Assembly: GCA_043739045.1 (NCBI GenBank)
Contig: JAYUEW010000059.1
Coordinates: 1 to 48,488 of the forward strand
Source: Synechococcales cyanobacterium
GTDB lineage: Bacteria > Cyanobacteriota > Cyanobacteriia > Leptolyngbyales > Leptolyngbyaceae
Length of the DNA stretch: 48,488 nt
Reading direction: 5' to 3'
Under the pieces are notes generated by a model. That model saw nothing but the letters and a program-made list of their open reading frames with translations, had not been told where the DNA came from and searched no databases. A program made the translations under genes and the position numbers. Of the stretch, positions 10,803-21,182 are shown in pieces (positions within the stretch are counted from its first letter, which is position 1; each line of letters starts with the position of its first letter).

Positions 10803-11780
10803 CTACCGATTCATTAACTTCTGCACTGCTTCCACAATCTGCGGCGGTTGAACGATCGTCAGATTCTCCAGCGCGCCATTGTAAGGCGTTGGAATATCCT
10901 GCGAGGACAACCGAATCACTGGACCATCGAGTTCATCAAAGAACCGATCGTTAATCGAGGCAATTAGTTCAGCCCCGATGCCCCCTGTTTTCATCCCTTC
11001 TTCAACAATCAAAACGCGGTGGGTTTTCTTGATCGAAGCGCCGATCGTTTCAAAGTCCAAGGGCTTCAGCGAAATTAAATCAATCACTTCGGGATCAAAG
11101 CCTAAAGCCTCAATATCCTTCACCGCTTGCTGAACGTGATAGCGCATTCGCGAGTAGGTCAGAATCGTCACATCCTTGCCCGATCGGACAATTTCAGCCT
11201 TGTCTAGGGCGCAAATATAATCCTCTTCTGGTAAGTCTTCCTTCAGGTTATACAGCAGCACATGCTCAAAAAACAGCACTGGATTGTTATCACGAATCGC
11301 CGCTTTCAGTAAGCCTTTAGCATTGCGGGGAGTCGAACAAGCCACGATTTTTAGTCCAGGAACAGCCTGGAAATACGTCTCAAGCCGTTGGGAATGTTCG
11401 GCCCCAAGCTGACGACCCACGCCGCCCGGACCGCGAATTACCATAGGAATTTTGTAATTGCCGCCAGAGGTGTAACGCAACATCCCGGCGTTGTTGGCAA
11501 TTTGGTTGAAGGCCAGGAGCAAAAAGCCCATATTCATCCCTTCAATAATTGGGCGTAAGCCCGTCATAGCCGACCCGACGGCCATTCCCGTAAAGCTGTT
11601 TTCCGCGATCGGAGTATCCAGTAATCGAAATTCACCGTACTTGTCGTACAGATCCTTCGTCACTTTGTAGGATCCGCCATACTGACCAACATCCTCACCC
11701 AGGACATAAACGGTCTGATCCCGAGCCATTTCCTCGTCGATCGCTTCACGAAGTGCATTGAATAAAAGCGTCTCTGCCAT
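10803..11780 (-). CDS. pdhB: Pyruvate dehydrogenase E1 component beta subunit
   Basis: 325 aa. The N-terminus is [21 protein letters not shown], followed by GEDVG.YGG.YKVTKDL, DTPIAE and C-terminal transketolase-like domain motifs. Confidence 0.9.
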   Translation of the reverse strand: MAETLLFNALREAIDEEMARDQTVYVLGEDVGQYGGSYKVTKDLYDKYGEFRLLDTPIAENSFTGMAVGSAMTGLRPIIEGMNMGFLLLAFNQIANNAGMLRYTSGGNYKIPMVIRGPGGVGRQLGAEHSQRLETYFQAVPGLKIVACSTPRNAKGLLKAAIRDNNPVLFFEHVLLYNLKEDLPEEDYICALDKAEIVRSGKDVTILTYSRMRYHVQQAVKDIEALGFDPEVIDLISLKPLDFETIGASIKKTHRVLIVEEGMKTGGIGAELIASINDRFFDELDGPVIRLSSQDIPTPYNGALENLTIVQPPQIVEAVQKLMNR

Positions 11781-11929
11781 TTCGTCCTCTATCCCAATTA
11801 AGCTCTGCGGTTTGGATTGCTAAACATGTAGTTTAAAGGACGATGGGAAAATTAGAAAGCGCCTACTCTAGACCTTGTGGGATCTTTAGGCAGGCGCAAA
11901 CTATCGATCGGTGATTGAACTAATTGAAT

Positions 11930-12466
11930 TTAGTACTGAATACCAACCCCACCGCTGAGACCCAAGGAGGACGCAGAGCTACCTTGATAAGCGTTGATGC
12001 CCAGTTTTGCATCGGTATAGACAACGATGCCTTTTGCCACTTGAGTTTCTACGCCTGCATTCAATACAACTGAATTACGGGTGCCGATGGGAGAATTAAC
12101 CCCTTGGTTTTGCACGAAAGCACCGCCAACCCCAGCATAAACATTGGTTCCCGGAGCAACGGGCATATCGTAAGTGACAACGGGGACAATAGCGCTATTG
12201 TTGCCATTGAATAAGACGGTGCCGCGAACCGAAACGGGAGCATTTGGAATGGCTAAACGACCTTGAAGGTTGCCGCCAAAATTCAGATCGTCGCTGCCCG
12301 TGCCGCCGTTAGTAACGCTACCTGCAATACCCCCGCCAAGGTAACCCTTGTTCATGCCGTTGATGGGAGCAGCAGAAGCAGATCCAGCCAGTGTTGCACT
12401 GGACGCAATAAGAGCGCATAGGCTAGATAGGCCAAAGATACTGAATGTGGAAAGGATCGTTTTCAT
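11930..12466 (-). CDS. Secreted Gly/Ala/Asn-rich protein, possible small outer-membrane beta-barrel
   Basis: 178 aa. It has a signal peptide (…LAGSASA), alternating beta-strand-like pattern and a C-terminal aromatic residue (…GVGIQY). Confidence 0.45.
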   Translation of the reverse strand: MKTILSTFSIFGLSSLCALIASSATLAGSASAAPINGMNKGYLGGGIAGSVTNGGTGSDDLNFGGNLQGRLAIPNAPVSVRGTVLFNGNNSAIVPVVTYDMPVAPGTNVYAGVGGAFVQNQGVNSPIGTRNSVVLNAGVETQVAKGIVVYTDAKLGINAYQGSSASSLGLSGGVGIQY

Positions 12467-12713
12467 TAGATTGGAGCCTCAAAGGAATTGAATTACTTGG
12501 GTTTCCTTCTTTGTCGTTAGCGTGGCTACAAAAGTTCCATCTATAATGACTTCCATAAATGTGAGGGCTTCGGTTCAGGCTGCGATCGTTCGAGAACGAT
12601 TAGGACCAACGCCAAAAAGCATCTCTCAGCACAACCTATCAGCGGGTGACTCAGCAGACCAAGATAGCGAGAATACGTCCGATCGAATGGTTGGAGACTA
12701 AGATCATAGGGAC

Positions 12714-12750
12714 AATAAAAAAGAGGGAAACACTTTTAAGTCCCCTCTTG
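12714..12750 (-). terminator. Rho-independent terminator downstream of the fasciclin gene
   Basis: Stem AAGAGGG (12721-12727) pairs with CCCTCTT (12743-12749). On the minus strand the hairpin is followed by a T-run (complement of AATAAAAAA at 12714-12722). Confidence 0.5.
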
Positions 12751-12903
12751 CAATTTAGGTCTCTATTAATTTAGGCATCTATTAATTGATAGCGTTAAAA
12801 CCAATTACTTTGCCCTGAATCATTATTGAAGAACCGTTGTAGGCTATGATAGTCGGCCTATCGCTGGTCTGTAACTTTGTGACCGAAGAATGACTCTCGG
12901 TCA

Positions 12904-13539
12904 TTAATTGGACGGAGGCATCAACACCGTATCAATGACGTGAATCACCCCATTACTTGCTTTTACATCTGCTGCTTGCACGGTTGAGTTATTAACCATG
13001 ACTCCGCCACTACCGACCATGACTTTGATCGGACTTCCTTGAAGAGTATTGACCTCACCGGACTTAAGATCCGTGGAAAGAACATTACCGGAGACAACGT
13101 GATAGGTCAGGACTCTGACCAATGTAGCTTTATTCTCAGGCTTGAGCAGCATCTCGACGGTTCCGGCTGGCAGTTTTGCAAAGGCAGCATCCGTAGGTGC
13201 GAATACGGTAAAGGGTCCATCACCTTTTAAGATTTCCACTAGACCCGCCGCGTTCAGGGCTGCGGTGAGTGTTTTAAATGACCCGTTGGCAACGGCGACA
13301 TCTACAATAGTATCCTTTGCCATATTTGTCATAGGCATTGGAGCGGATGTCATCGGCTCTGGAGTAGATGTTGTATAGGTCGGCATCATACCCGCCTCAT
13401 CTTTCGGTGTAATGTACGGAAACTGATCTGGGGTAGGTACCGGAGCCGATAAAACTACAGCAGGAGCTGTTGCTAGTGCGCCGAGAGTCAGTAGACCTGC
13501 AAGGCTGAGCTTTTGAAATACGTTAGTTGTTAATTGCAT
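12904..13539 (-). CDS. Fasciclin (FAS1) domain-containing secreted protein
   Basis: 211 aa. A signal peptide is followed by a P/T/M-rich linker and a FAS1 domain with [11 protein letters not shown] and [11 protein letters not shown] motifs. Confidence 0.88.
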   Translation of the reverse strand: MQLTTNVFQKLSLAGLLTLGALATAPAVVLSAPVPTPDQFPYITPKDEAGMMPTYTTSTPEPMTSAPMPMTNMAKDTIVDVAVANGSFKTLTAALNAAGLVEILKGDGPFTVFAPTDAAFAKLPAGTVEMLLKPENKATLVRVLTYHVVSGNVLSTDLKSGEVNTLQGSPIKVMVGSGGVMVNNSTVQAADVKASNGVIHVIDTVLMPPSN

Positions 13540-13892
13540 GGGGTTCTAATATACATAGTGTAAGATGAGCTTCGCGTAGGGTGCCAAGTGATCAAATCAC
13601 GAGGCACCAACCTCTACAGACGATCGTCCTTTCCTTCTGTTCCTGGTTATACAGTTAGTTGTTTAAATCAATACTTAAGTAGTGCAATGGGCACTTTTAT
13701 CGAGTACATTGCCCATGACTTTATCTTTCAAAAGGATGTTTTTTAGCGAGTGGACTTAGATTTTTGCGTAGATCAATGAGTTAGCTGTACTCAGACCTGC
13801 TTTATTGAATCGTCTCGACTCATTCAAAATTGAAATGACTGTTATCCGTCACAGCTTCACTAGTGCGGTAGAATCTAGAATAGACCAGACAG

Positions 13893-14582
13893 ATGGATTG
13901 CGATCGTATGATAGACCTCCGAATGATTGGGGAAAAGACAAAAAAAGAAAAGCTTTTGGTGCTCACTCCAGAAGACAGAATGCAACTTGCGAAATATCGA
14001 TCGAAATGGCAAAAAATAGCAAAATCGACTGAACGAATTAATCGACCCCGTGCAGAAAAAACGATTCAAGCCATCTACGCATACGCAAATAAACCCAAAC
14101 CTGAAATCATCTTTTTCGATAGTCCACATTTACAAGCGATCGCCCATTTTGCCAATCAAAAAACCCTATATACCCCTAGCTATCTGCTGCGGAAATTACG
14201 TCATAAAATCAATAAATCATTTCGAGTTGAAGTAGCCCGATCGCTACGAATTGAATTACATGATTACTTTATGGATTCGCCTCTCTGTGAATTTAGTAAT
14301 AGTCTTTATGAAGACTTATCGGAGAAAATGGGCGTAGAAACAATTCCTAAATTAGAAATGGGAGTCTATGCCTATTATGATTTTGCTCGTGGGCGATTGA
14401 TTGATGGCAAACCGTTTGATACTGAATGGAAACTACTACAAACTTGGGCTAAAGAAGGGCAATGGAGTTTTACCTTTGAAGGTCTCTGCTTGATTTGCGA
14501 TCGGCCTACCGAAATTGTCATTCCAAAACCAGGAAAACCTGGAACAGTGATGCTGAAATTTTCCGATGGCGTTTCATTCTAA
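13893..14582 (+). CDS. Conserved hypothetical protein (cyanobacterial family of unknown function)
   Basis: 229-aa ORF. LTPEDRMQLAKYRSKWQKIAKSTERINRPRAEKTIQAIYAYANKPKPEIIFFDSP resembles a recurrent cyanobacterial hypothetical family. The exact start is uncertain. Confidence 0.5.
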   Translation: MDCDRMIDLRMIGEKTKKEKLLVLTPEDRMQLAKYRSKWQKIAKSTERINRPRAEKTIQAIYAYANKPKPEIIFFDSPHLQAIAHFANQKTLYTPSYLLRKLRHKINKSFRVEVARSLRIELHDYFMDSPLCEFSNSLYEDLSEKMGVETIPKLEMGVYAYYDFARGRLIDGKPFDTEWKLLQTWAKEGQWSFTFEGLCLICDRPTEIVIPKPGKPGTVMLKFSDGVSF

Positions 14583-14890
14583 ACTCTAATTTCTATTCAA
14601 TTCCATTTTGTATTATGCCCACTACCTAGTGATCTATAAACTGGTGAGTTTTAGCTAAGCGATGAGGCAAATTCTAGGAATAGAGTGCTACTATCATTGA
14701 CCAACGAAAGTGATTTATACAACGTAAAACGTCTACTGTTTGTATATGTTAGCTTTTTATCTGAAACTAAGCATCTTCATTTAGAATGTTCGTCTTGCAA
14801 TACTTTAGATACACTACTAAACAAAATCTTCTTCCTATCATGTTTTATCAGATGGCTAACATCACAATTAAAACCTAGGAAATTATCACT

Positions 14891-15265
14891 ATGAGTATTC
14901 AAGACAAAGCCAAAGCTGCTGCCAAAAATGTAGAGGGCAAAATTCAAGAAACGATCGGTAAGGTCACGGGTGACTCAAAAGATCAACTTGAAGGTAAGGC
15001 CAAGCAAGTTGAGGCGACCGCCCGTGACAAGGCAGCAGATGTCGGTCAAGGAATTGACAATGCGACAGACGAGGCAACTAGTGGTGGGTCTACAGATAAG
15101 GTTAAAGCTGCGGCTAAAAATGTTGAGGGTAGAGTTCAAGACACTTTTGGTAGGCTAACCGATAGCCCTGAAGATCAACTTGCAGGTAAAGCCAAGCAAG
15201 CAGAGGCGGAAGTTCAGAACGCTGCTGGAGATGTGAAGAACAAGGTGAAAAAGATGACTGAGTAA
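14891..15265 (+). CDS. CsbD-family stress protein with two tandem CsbD repeats
   Basis: 124 aa. AKAAAKNVEGKIQETIGKVTGDSKDQLEGKAKQ and VKAAAKNVEGRVQDTFGRLTDSPEDQLAGKAKQ are an internal duplication of the CsbD motif. Confidence 0.85.
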   Translation: MSIQDKAKAAAKNVEGKIQETIGKVTGDSKDQLEGKAKQVEATARDKAADVGQGIDNATDEATSGGSTDKVKAAAKNVEGRVQDTFGRLTDSPEDQLAGKAKQAEAEVQNAAGDVKNKVKKMTE

Positions 15266-15310
15266 CTCGGAGAAATACCTTAATTCAGCAATCGCTTTAG
15301 GAGAATACGA

Positions 15311-15928
15311 ATGATTACTCACCCACAGCGGGCGATGGGGACTTTTGAAACCTACGCTTCTGCACAACACGCACTTCATCTTCTTGAAGATTCTGGATTC
15401 ACCATGAGTCAAGTTGCACTCGTTGTAAGAGAAGCTGTCCAGTCGAGTGGTGAGGGTTTTAATCAGGATGATACTCCTAGTAACAAGGCGGTTGCTGAAG
15501 GTATTGTTCAAACAACTCATGTGGAACAAGGCGCAAAAGTAGGGGCCACGACTGGCACGACGATCGGTGGAATCACAGGACTACTGGTTGGATTAGGAAC
15601 ATTAGTGATTCCCGGAGTTGGCCCAATTGTTCTAGCCGGGGCTGCTGCAACTGCGATCGCAACGGCATTTGTTGGTGGCACAGTCGGCGCTGCTACGGGG
15701 GGATTGTTAGGCGGATTGATTGGGGTAGGAATTCCAGAAGAAAACGCAAGGTTTTATGCGGACCATGTCGTGAATGGGGGATATTTAGTTATTGTGGATG
15801 GAACTGAGACGGAAATGCTGAAAATAGAAGAACTATTGGTTGGGAAGGGTATTGGAGAATTACAAATTTACAGGAATGATAATTCTGGAAAGTATGAGCT
15901 ACTCTCTAGGTCCGTTATTCGACCCTAA
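15311..15928 (+). CDS. General-stress membrane protein (YflT-like N-domain plus glycine-zipper segment)
   Basis: 205 aa. GTFETYASAQHALHLLEDSGFTMSQVALV is followed by a Gly-rich hydrophobic stretch (GGITGLLVGLGTLVIPGVGPIVLAGAAATA...GGLLGGLIGVGIPEE) and a C-terminal YLVIV repeat of the N-domain. Confidence 0.6.
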   Translation: MITHPQRAMGTFETYASAQHALHLLEDSGFTMSQVALVVREAVQSSGEGFNQDDTPSNKAVAEGIVQTTHVEQGAKVGATTGTTIGGITGLLVGLGTLVIPGVGPIVLAGAAATAIATAFVGGTVGAATGGLLGGLIGVGIPEENARFYADHVVNGGYLVIVDGTETEMLKIEELLVGKGIGELQIYRNDNSGKYELLSRSVIRP

Positions 15929-16260
15929 AGCCTATTGATCTACTATGAGCTTTAACTGGTTGCTTATTTACAGTCAAGCAAGCAGACAAATAATCGAAGC
16001 AATAAAACATATTGATACTTTTTGATACTTTTGTAAAAGTTGTATACTCCCATACCTAGTAAAAACAGGTAAAGATTTATGGCTAGATTATGTTAATCCG
16101 ATCGTGAGGAACGAGATTTAAAATGGGTTAATACGGTTTTTGCGCCTCAAATTAGATAGAATGATGGCGAGTTACAATACTCATCAAATTCTCATAATTG
16201 AAGGCTTTGGTTTTCAATCTAGCAATTCCAGTCCTTGATTCTAAAGGATTAAATAAAGGC

Positions 16261-16743
16261 ATGGGTATGTTCTCAAAAATTCTAGTAGCGATCGATGACT
16301 CGGCATTCAGTCGGTCTGTTTTTGAACAAGCACTGACACTCGCGAAACTCCATCAATCTCGGCTGATGGTCCTTCATGTTCTAGTGGTCGTCGATAATCT
16401 CTATCCGGGTGATCCCTACATTGGGATCACCCAAGTTGCAATGGAAGCTTATTGGGAGCGCTGGCAAAATCAGCAGCAACAAGGAATTAATCGGTTGAAA
16501 GCCCTAGAAGCCGAAGCGATCGCCGCTGGGGTTGAAATGGAATTTAGCCAAAGTGTGGGAGATCCCAGCAAGATGATTTGTGAATTAGCTGAGACTTGGG
16601 GAAGTGATTTGATCGTAGTGGGACGGCGGGGAGTCAGCGGGATCAGGGAGTTTTTTGGAGGGAGTGTCAGCAACAATGTTCTCCACCATGCGCCATGTAA
16701 TGTCTTAACGTTTCAAAATCAGCAGGTGACGGCGAAACAATAA
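16261..16743 (+). CDS. Universal stress protein (UspA family)
   Basis: ILVAIDDS, LHV and DLIVVGRRG.SG....GSVSNNVLHHAPCNVL are present. I place the start at the ATG at 16261 rather than the TTG at 16198. Confidence 0.85.
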   Translation: MGMFSKILVAIDDSAFSRSVFEQALTLAKLHQSRLMVLHVLVVVDNLYPGDPYIGITQVAMEAYWERWQNQQQQGINRLKALEAEAIAAGVEMEFSQSVGDPSKMICELAETWGSDLIVVGRRGVSGIREFFGGSVSNNVLHHAPCNVLTFQNQQVTAKQ

Positions 16744-16838
16744 GCGGCAGCGGCACTTTCAATCAGTGGTACGAGAGAATGAATTTTGTATTGTTTGGTA
16801 CATTGTTTAATTGACTTTAGGAAAGGAAATAACACTCC

Positions 16839-19274
16839 ATGACTATCATTTCAGAGCAGTCTACTTCAGAATTTTCAATCAGTGCCTACGGGAACGCCCG
16901 ATCGACGATTCAAGGAACTCCCCTCAGCCCAGAAGAACTCCGCAAAATCCATGCCTTCTGGTGCGCTTGTAACTACCTTGCGGTCGGAATGATCTACCTG
17001 CGGGACAATCCTCTACTAAAAGAACCGCTGAAATCTGAACATGTTAAAAATCGTCTCCTCGGGCATTGGGGCACTAGCCCTGGTTTAAGTTTTATCTATA
17101 CGCATTGCAATCGCCTGATCAAGAAATATGATTTAGACATGATCTACTTAGCCGGACCAGGACATGGCGCACCCGGCGTTCTGGCCCCCGTTTATTTAGA
17201 AGGAACCTATTCAGAAGTCTTCTCCGATAAAAGTGAAGATACAGACGGGGTACTCAAGTTTTTTAAACAGTTCTCTTTTCCGGGTGGAATCGGCAGCCAC
17301 TGTACCCCGGAAACCCCCGGATCGATTCATGAAGGGGGGGAGCTAGGCTACAGCCTTTCCCATGCTTACGGCACTGTTTTTGATAATCCAGACTTGATTA
17401 GTGTGGTGATGGTCGGGGATGGTGAATCGGAGACGGGACCATTGGCGACGGCTTGGCATTCTAATAAGTTTATCAATCCGGCGCGTGATGGTGCAGTGCT
17501 ACCCATTCTGCATTTGAATGGATATAAAATTAACAACCCCACCGTTCTGTCTCGCGTGAGTCATGAAGAACTCGAAGATCTATTTAAGGGCTATGGGTAT
17601 CAACCCTATTTTGTCGAAGGTAGTGATCCGGAAACAATGCATCAGGCAATCGCAGCCACATTAGAACATTGCATTCAAGAGATCCATCAAATTCAACGGG
17701 ATGCCCGTAGTGGCGAAGAGGTAAAACGATCGCGATTTCCGATGATTGTATTACGCACTCCTAAGGGTTGGACAGGGCCGAAGCAAGTCGATGGGCATCA
17801 AGTAGAAGGAACGTGGCGATCGCATCAAGTGCCCTTGACAAAGATTCAGGAGAATCCGGCCCATCTGCAACAGCTTGAAGCTTGGCTGAGAAGCTACAAA
17901 CCGGAAGAACTCTTTGGGCCGACTGGGAAACTTATTCCTGAACTTAAAGACCTCGCACCCATGGGAAACCGCCGTATGAGTGCTAATCCCCATGCTAATG
18001 GCGGAAAATTGCGACGAGCGTTAAAGATGCCAGATTTTCGTGACTATGGCATTGAGGTGAGCAAGCCGGGACAACAGGAAGCGGAGAATACCAAACCCTT
18101 GGGTCAGTTTCTTGCGGGCATCATGAAGCAGAATATGACCAACTTTCGAGTTTTTGGTCCGGATGAAACGACTTCTAATAAATTGAACGCGATTTACGAA
18201 GTGAGTCAAAAGTTCTGGATTGAAGAATACTTACCAGAAGATGAGGATGGCGGGGAACTCTCCAGAGATGGGCGAGTTATGGAAATGCTGAGTGAGCATA
18301 CGTTAGAAGGCTGGCTGGAAGGGTATTTGCTGACGGGTCGGCATGGCTTTTTCTCAACCTATGAAGCATTTGTGCATGTGATTGATTCAATGTTTAATCA
18401 ACATGCGAAATGGTTAGAAAGTTGTCGGAGTTTGTCGTGGCGTGAAGACATTTCATCACTCAATTTACTGATTACTTCTACTGTTTGGCGACAGGATCAC
18501 AATGGTTTTACCCATCAAGATCCGGGTTTTCTTGACTTAGTTGCAAATAAGAGTCCCTCTGTGACTCGGATTTATTTACCGCCAGACGTGAATTGTCTAT
18601 TGTCGGTCGCTGATCATTGCTTAAGGAGCAGTAACTATATTAACGTTATTGTCTGTGACAAACAGCTTCATTTGCAATTTATGGACATGGCTAGTGCAAT
18701 TGAACATTGTACAAAAGGAATTGGGATTTGGGATTGGGCGAGTAATGACCAAGGGGTTGAGCCAGACGTGGTGATGGCAACCGCCGGCGATGTCCCCACT
18801 CAAGAAGCATTAGCCGCAACCGCATTGCTCCGATCGGAATTTCCTGATCTTAAGATCAGATTTGTGAATGTAGTTGATTTGTATAAACTACAACCCGATA
18901 GTGAACATCCCCATGGGTTGAACGACCGTGATTTTGATAGTTTATTTACAATAGATAAGCCAATCATCTTTAATTTCCATGGCTATCCCTGGTTAATTCA
19001 TCGTCTTGCCTATCGCCGAACTAATCATCACAACCTGCATGTTCGCGGTTACAAAGAAAAAGGAAGTATCAATACTCCACTAGAATTAGCAATCAATAAC
19101 AATATCGATCGCTTTAGTCTGGCAATGGATGTAATTAATCGGGTTCCAAAATTGCAGGCGATCGGTGCCCATGCTAAGGAGAAGTTTAAAAATAAACAAA
19201 TTGAATGTCGTCAGTATGCCTATGAGCATGGGACTGATTTGCCGGATGTAATTAATTGGAGATGGGATTCTTAG
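16839..19274 (+). CDS. xfp: Xylulose-5-phosphate/fructose-6-phosphate phosphoketolase
   Basis: 811 aa. It has the hallmark [35 protein letters not shown] and HGYPWLIH motifs. Confidence 0.93.
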   Translation: MTIISEQSTSEFSISAYGNARSTIQGTPLSPEELRKIHAFWCACNYLAVGMIYLRDNPLLKEPLKSEHVKNRLLGHWGTSPGLSFIYTHCNRLIKKYDLDMIYLAGPGHGAPGVLAPVYLEGTYSEVFSDKSEDTDGVLKFFKQFSFPGGIGSHCTPETPGSIHEGGELGYSLSHAYGTVFDNPDLISVVMVGDGESETGPLATAWHSNKFINPARDGAVLPILHLNGYKINNPTVLSRVSHEELEDLFKGYGYQPYFVEGSDPETMHQAIAATLEHCIQEIHQIQRDARSGEEVKRSRFPMIVLRTPKGWTGPKQVDGHQVEGTWRSHQVPLTKIQENPAHLQQLEAWLRSYKPEELFGPTGKLIPELKDLAPMGNRRMSANPHANGGKLRRALKMPDFRDYGIEVSKPGQQEAENTKPLGQFLAGIMKQNMTNFRVFGPDETTSNKLNAIYEVSQKFWIEEYLPEDEDGGELSRDGRVMEMLSEHTLEGWLEGYLLTGRHGFFSTYEAFVHVIDSMFNQHAKWLESCRSLSWREDISSLNLLITSTVWRQDHNGFTHQDPGFLDLVANKSPSVTRIYLPPDVNCLLSVADHCLRSSNYINVIVCDKQLHLQFMDMASAIEHCTKGIGIWDWASNDQGVEPDVVMATAGDVPTQEALAATALLRSEFPDLKIRFVNVVDLYKLQPDSEHPHGLNDRDFDSLFTIDKPIIFNFHGYPWLIHRLAYRRTNHHNLHVRGYKEKGSINTPLELAINNNIDRFSLAMDVINRVPKLQAIGAHAKEKFKNKQIECRQYAYEHGTDLPDVINWRWDS

Positions 19275-19300
19275 GTTCTAGGTCTATCATTTTGATTCTT

Positions 19301-19948
19301 ATGATCTCTCAGCAATTCATCACCTATACGATCGGCACCTTTGTCGCACTGTTTCCAATTACAAATCCCTTGGGAGCTGTTCCGATTTTCTATAGTTTGA
19401 CCGCTACAGACTCGCGTGCCGATCGCAACCATCAGGCAAAACAAATTTCCATCAATGTGATTGGGGTGTTGTCAGTTTTCTTGATTATGGGACGGTTTAT
19501 CTTAGAGTTCTTTGGATTATCTTTAGGTGTTCTCCGAATTGCTGGAGGATTGTTAGTGGCCCAAACCGCTTGGGAAATGGTGACGGCTCATCAACGCTTG
19601 ACCCCATTAGAAAATGATGCTGCGTTGAATAAGAAAGATATTTCATTTACTCCGATGGCCATCCCTATCATCAGCGGTCCAGGGGCGATCGGAATTGTCA
19701 TGGGTATTTCGGCTCAGATTAGTAATCTAGTAGATTATCTGGGATGTTTACTAGGGATTTTTGGTTTGGGGCTTGTCTTATATTTTTGTCTTGCCTTGGG
19801 TGGTCCATTGATCAATGCTTTGGGTAAAAATGAAATTGGAGCCATGAATCGAATATTAGGTTTTTTTATTCTTGCGATCGCCGTTCAATTTATTACTGAC
19901 GGGGTGTTTGATTTAATTCGTCAATCAGCACCCAGATTGCTGCAATAG
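19301..19948 (+). CDS. MarC family (UPF0056) integral membrane protein
   Basis: MISQQFITYTIGTFVALFPITNPLGAVPIFYSL is the typical MarC N-terminus, followed by about 6 TM segments. The ORF-track start at 19256 is a TTG overlapping the xfp stop, so I prefer the ATG at 19301. Confidence 0.8.
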   Translation: MISQQFITYTIGTFVALFPITNPLGAVPIFYSLTATDSRADRNHQAKQISINVIGVLSVFLIMGRFILEFFGLSLGVLRIAGGLLVAQTAWEMVTAHQRLTPLENDAALNKKDISFTPMAIPIISGPGAIGIVMGISAQISNLVDYLGCLLGIFGLGLVLYFCLALGGPLINALGKNEIGAMNRILGFFILAIAVQFITDGVFDLIRQSAPRLLQ

Positions 19949-19958
19949 GAGCGTTCCC

Positions 19959-21182
19959 ATGAATATTTTAGTTCTAAATGCTGGGTCAAGTAGCCAAAAA
20001 ATAGCGCTTTATAATCTAACTAATCCTTTGCCCGATCGTCCCACTAATCCACTCTGGAAAGACTCTATAGATTGGGATCAATGTGAACTTAAGATCACGA
20101 ATCATAATGGTGTGAATATTCAAGAGACGATCGAAATCGCTGACAAACCAAGCCTTCTGGTTAAAGTTCTCGATCGTTTATGTTCTGGCTCTACACAAGT
20201 GATTCAAAACTTAGGCGAAATTGATATTGTGGGACATCGGGTGGTCCATGGAGGCCCGGATTATCGTGAAAGTATCATGATTGATCACCAAGTGAAAGCG
20301 GAGATTGATCGAATCAGCCGCTTTGCACCAGTTCATAATCCTGCCAATTTAGCTGGCATTGTTGCGATCGAGAAAAGATTGGATAACGTTCCACAAGTTG
20401 CCGTTTTTGATACTGCTTTTCATTCAAATCTACCGGATGTTGCCAAAGTTTATCCGTTGCCCTATGAATGGTATGAGAAAGGAATTCAACGCTATGGATT
20501 TCATGGAATTAGTCATGAGTATTGTGCAAATCGATCGGCCCAACTCTTAGATCACAATCTCCAAGATTTAAGATTGATTATTTGTCACTTGGGGAATGGG
20601 TGTTCATTATCTGCGGTTCGCAATGGCAAAAGTATTGACACCACCATGGGGTTTACGCCATTAGAGGGCTTAATGATGGGGAGCCGATCGGGTTCAGTTG
20701 ATCCTGGGATTTTGATTTACCTTTTACGGGAAGAACACTATACAGTAGAACAATTAGATCACCTACTGAATTATGAATCGGGGTTGCAAGGACTCTCTGG
20801 ACAATCTGGTGATATGCGACAAATTTTAGAGGCAATAGAGCAGCAAGATTTCCGTGCCAAATTAGCATTTGATGTCTATATTTATCGACTCCGCGCCCAG
20901 ATTGGTGCAATGCTCGCAAATTTAGGCGGATTGGATGCCTTGGTATTTACCGCAGGTGTGGGAGAACATCAGCCCTTAGTTCGATCGGCTGTTTGCGAGG
21001 GATTAGGATTTTTGGGCCTACAGATTGATCCCGATCGCAATCTTGCCCAGCCGATGGATCAAGTCATTTCGCCGGAACACCTCTCCATCAAAGTTCTTGT
21101 CGTAAAAACCCAAGAGGATTGGGCGATCGCATTGGAATGTTTTAAATTAGGGGGGCGAGTTCATTTGGGCCAAGTGAAGTAA
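19959..21182 (+). CDS. ackA: Acetate kinase
   Basis: 407 aa. It has ILVLNAGSSSQK, GHRVVHGG, FDTAFH, YGFHGISH, HLGNGCS and FTAGVGE motifs. Confidence 0.93.
   Translation: MNILVLNAGSSSQKIALYNLTNPLPDRPTNPLWKDSIDWDQCELKITNHNGVNIQETIEIADKPSLLVKVLDRLCSGSTQVIQNLGEIDIVGHRVVHGGPDYRESIMIDHQVKAEIDRISRFAPVHNPANLAGIVAIEKRLDNVPQVAVFDTAFHSNLPDVAKVYPLPYEWYEKGIQRYGFHGISHEYCANRSAQLLDHNLQDLRLIICHLGNGCSLSAVRNGKSIDTTMGFTPLEGLMMGSRSGSVDPGILIYLLREEHYTVEQLDHLLNYESGLQGLSGQSGDMRQILEAIEQQDFRAKLAFDVYIYRLRAQIGAMLANLGGLDALVFTAGVGEHQPLVRSAVCEGLGFLGLQIDPDRNLAQPMDQVISPEHLSIKVLVVKTQEDWAIALECFKLGGRVHLGQVK

Noticed and set aside
14685-14894. 69-aa ORF upstream of the CsbD gene.
   Set aside because: It is AT-rich with an odd composition (many Leu, Ser and Cys), matches no family and most likely lies in the csbD leader or promoter region.
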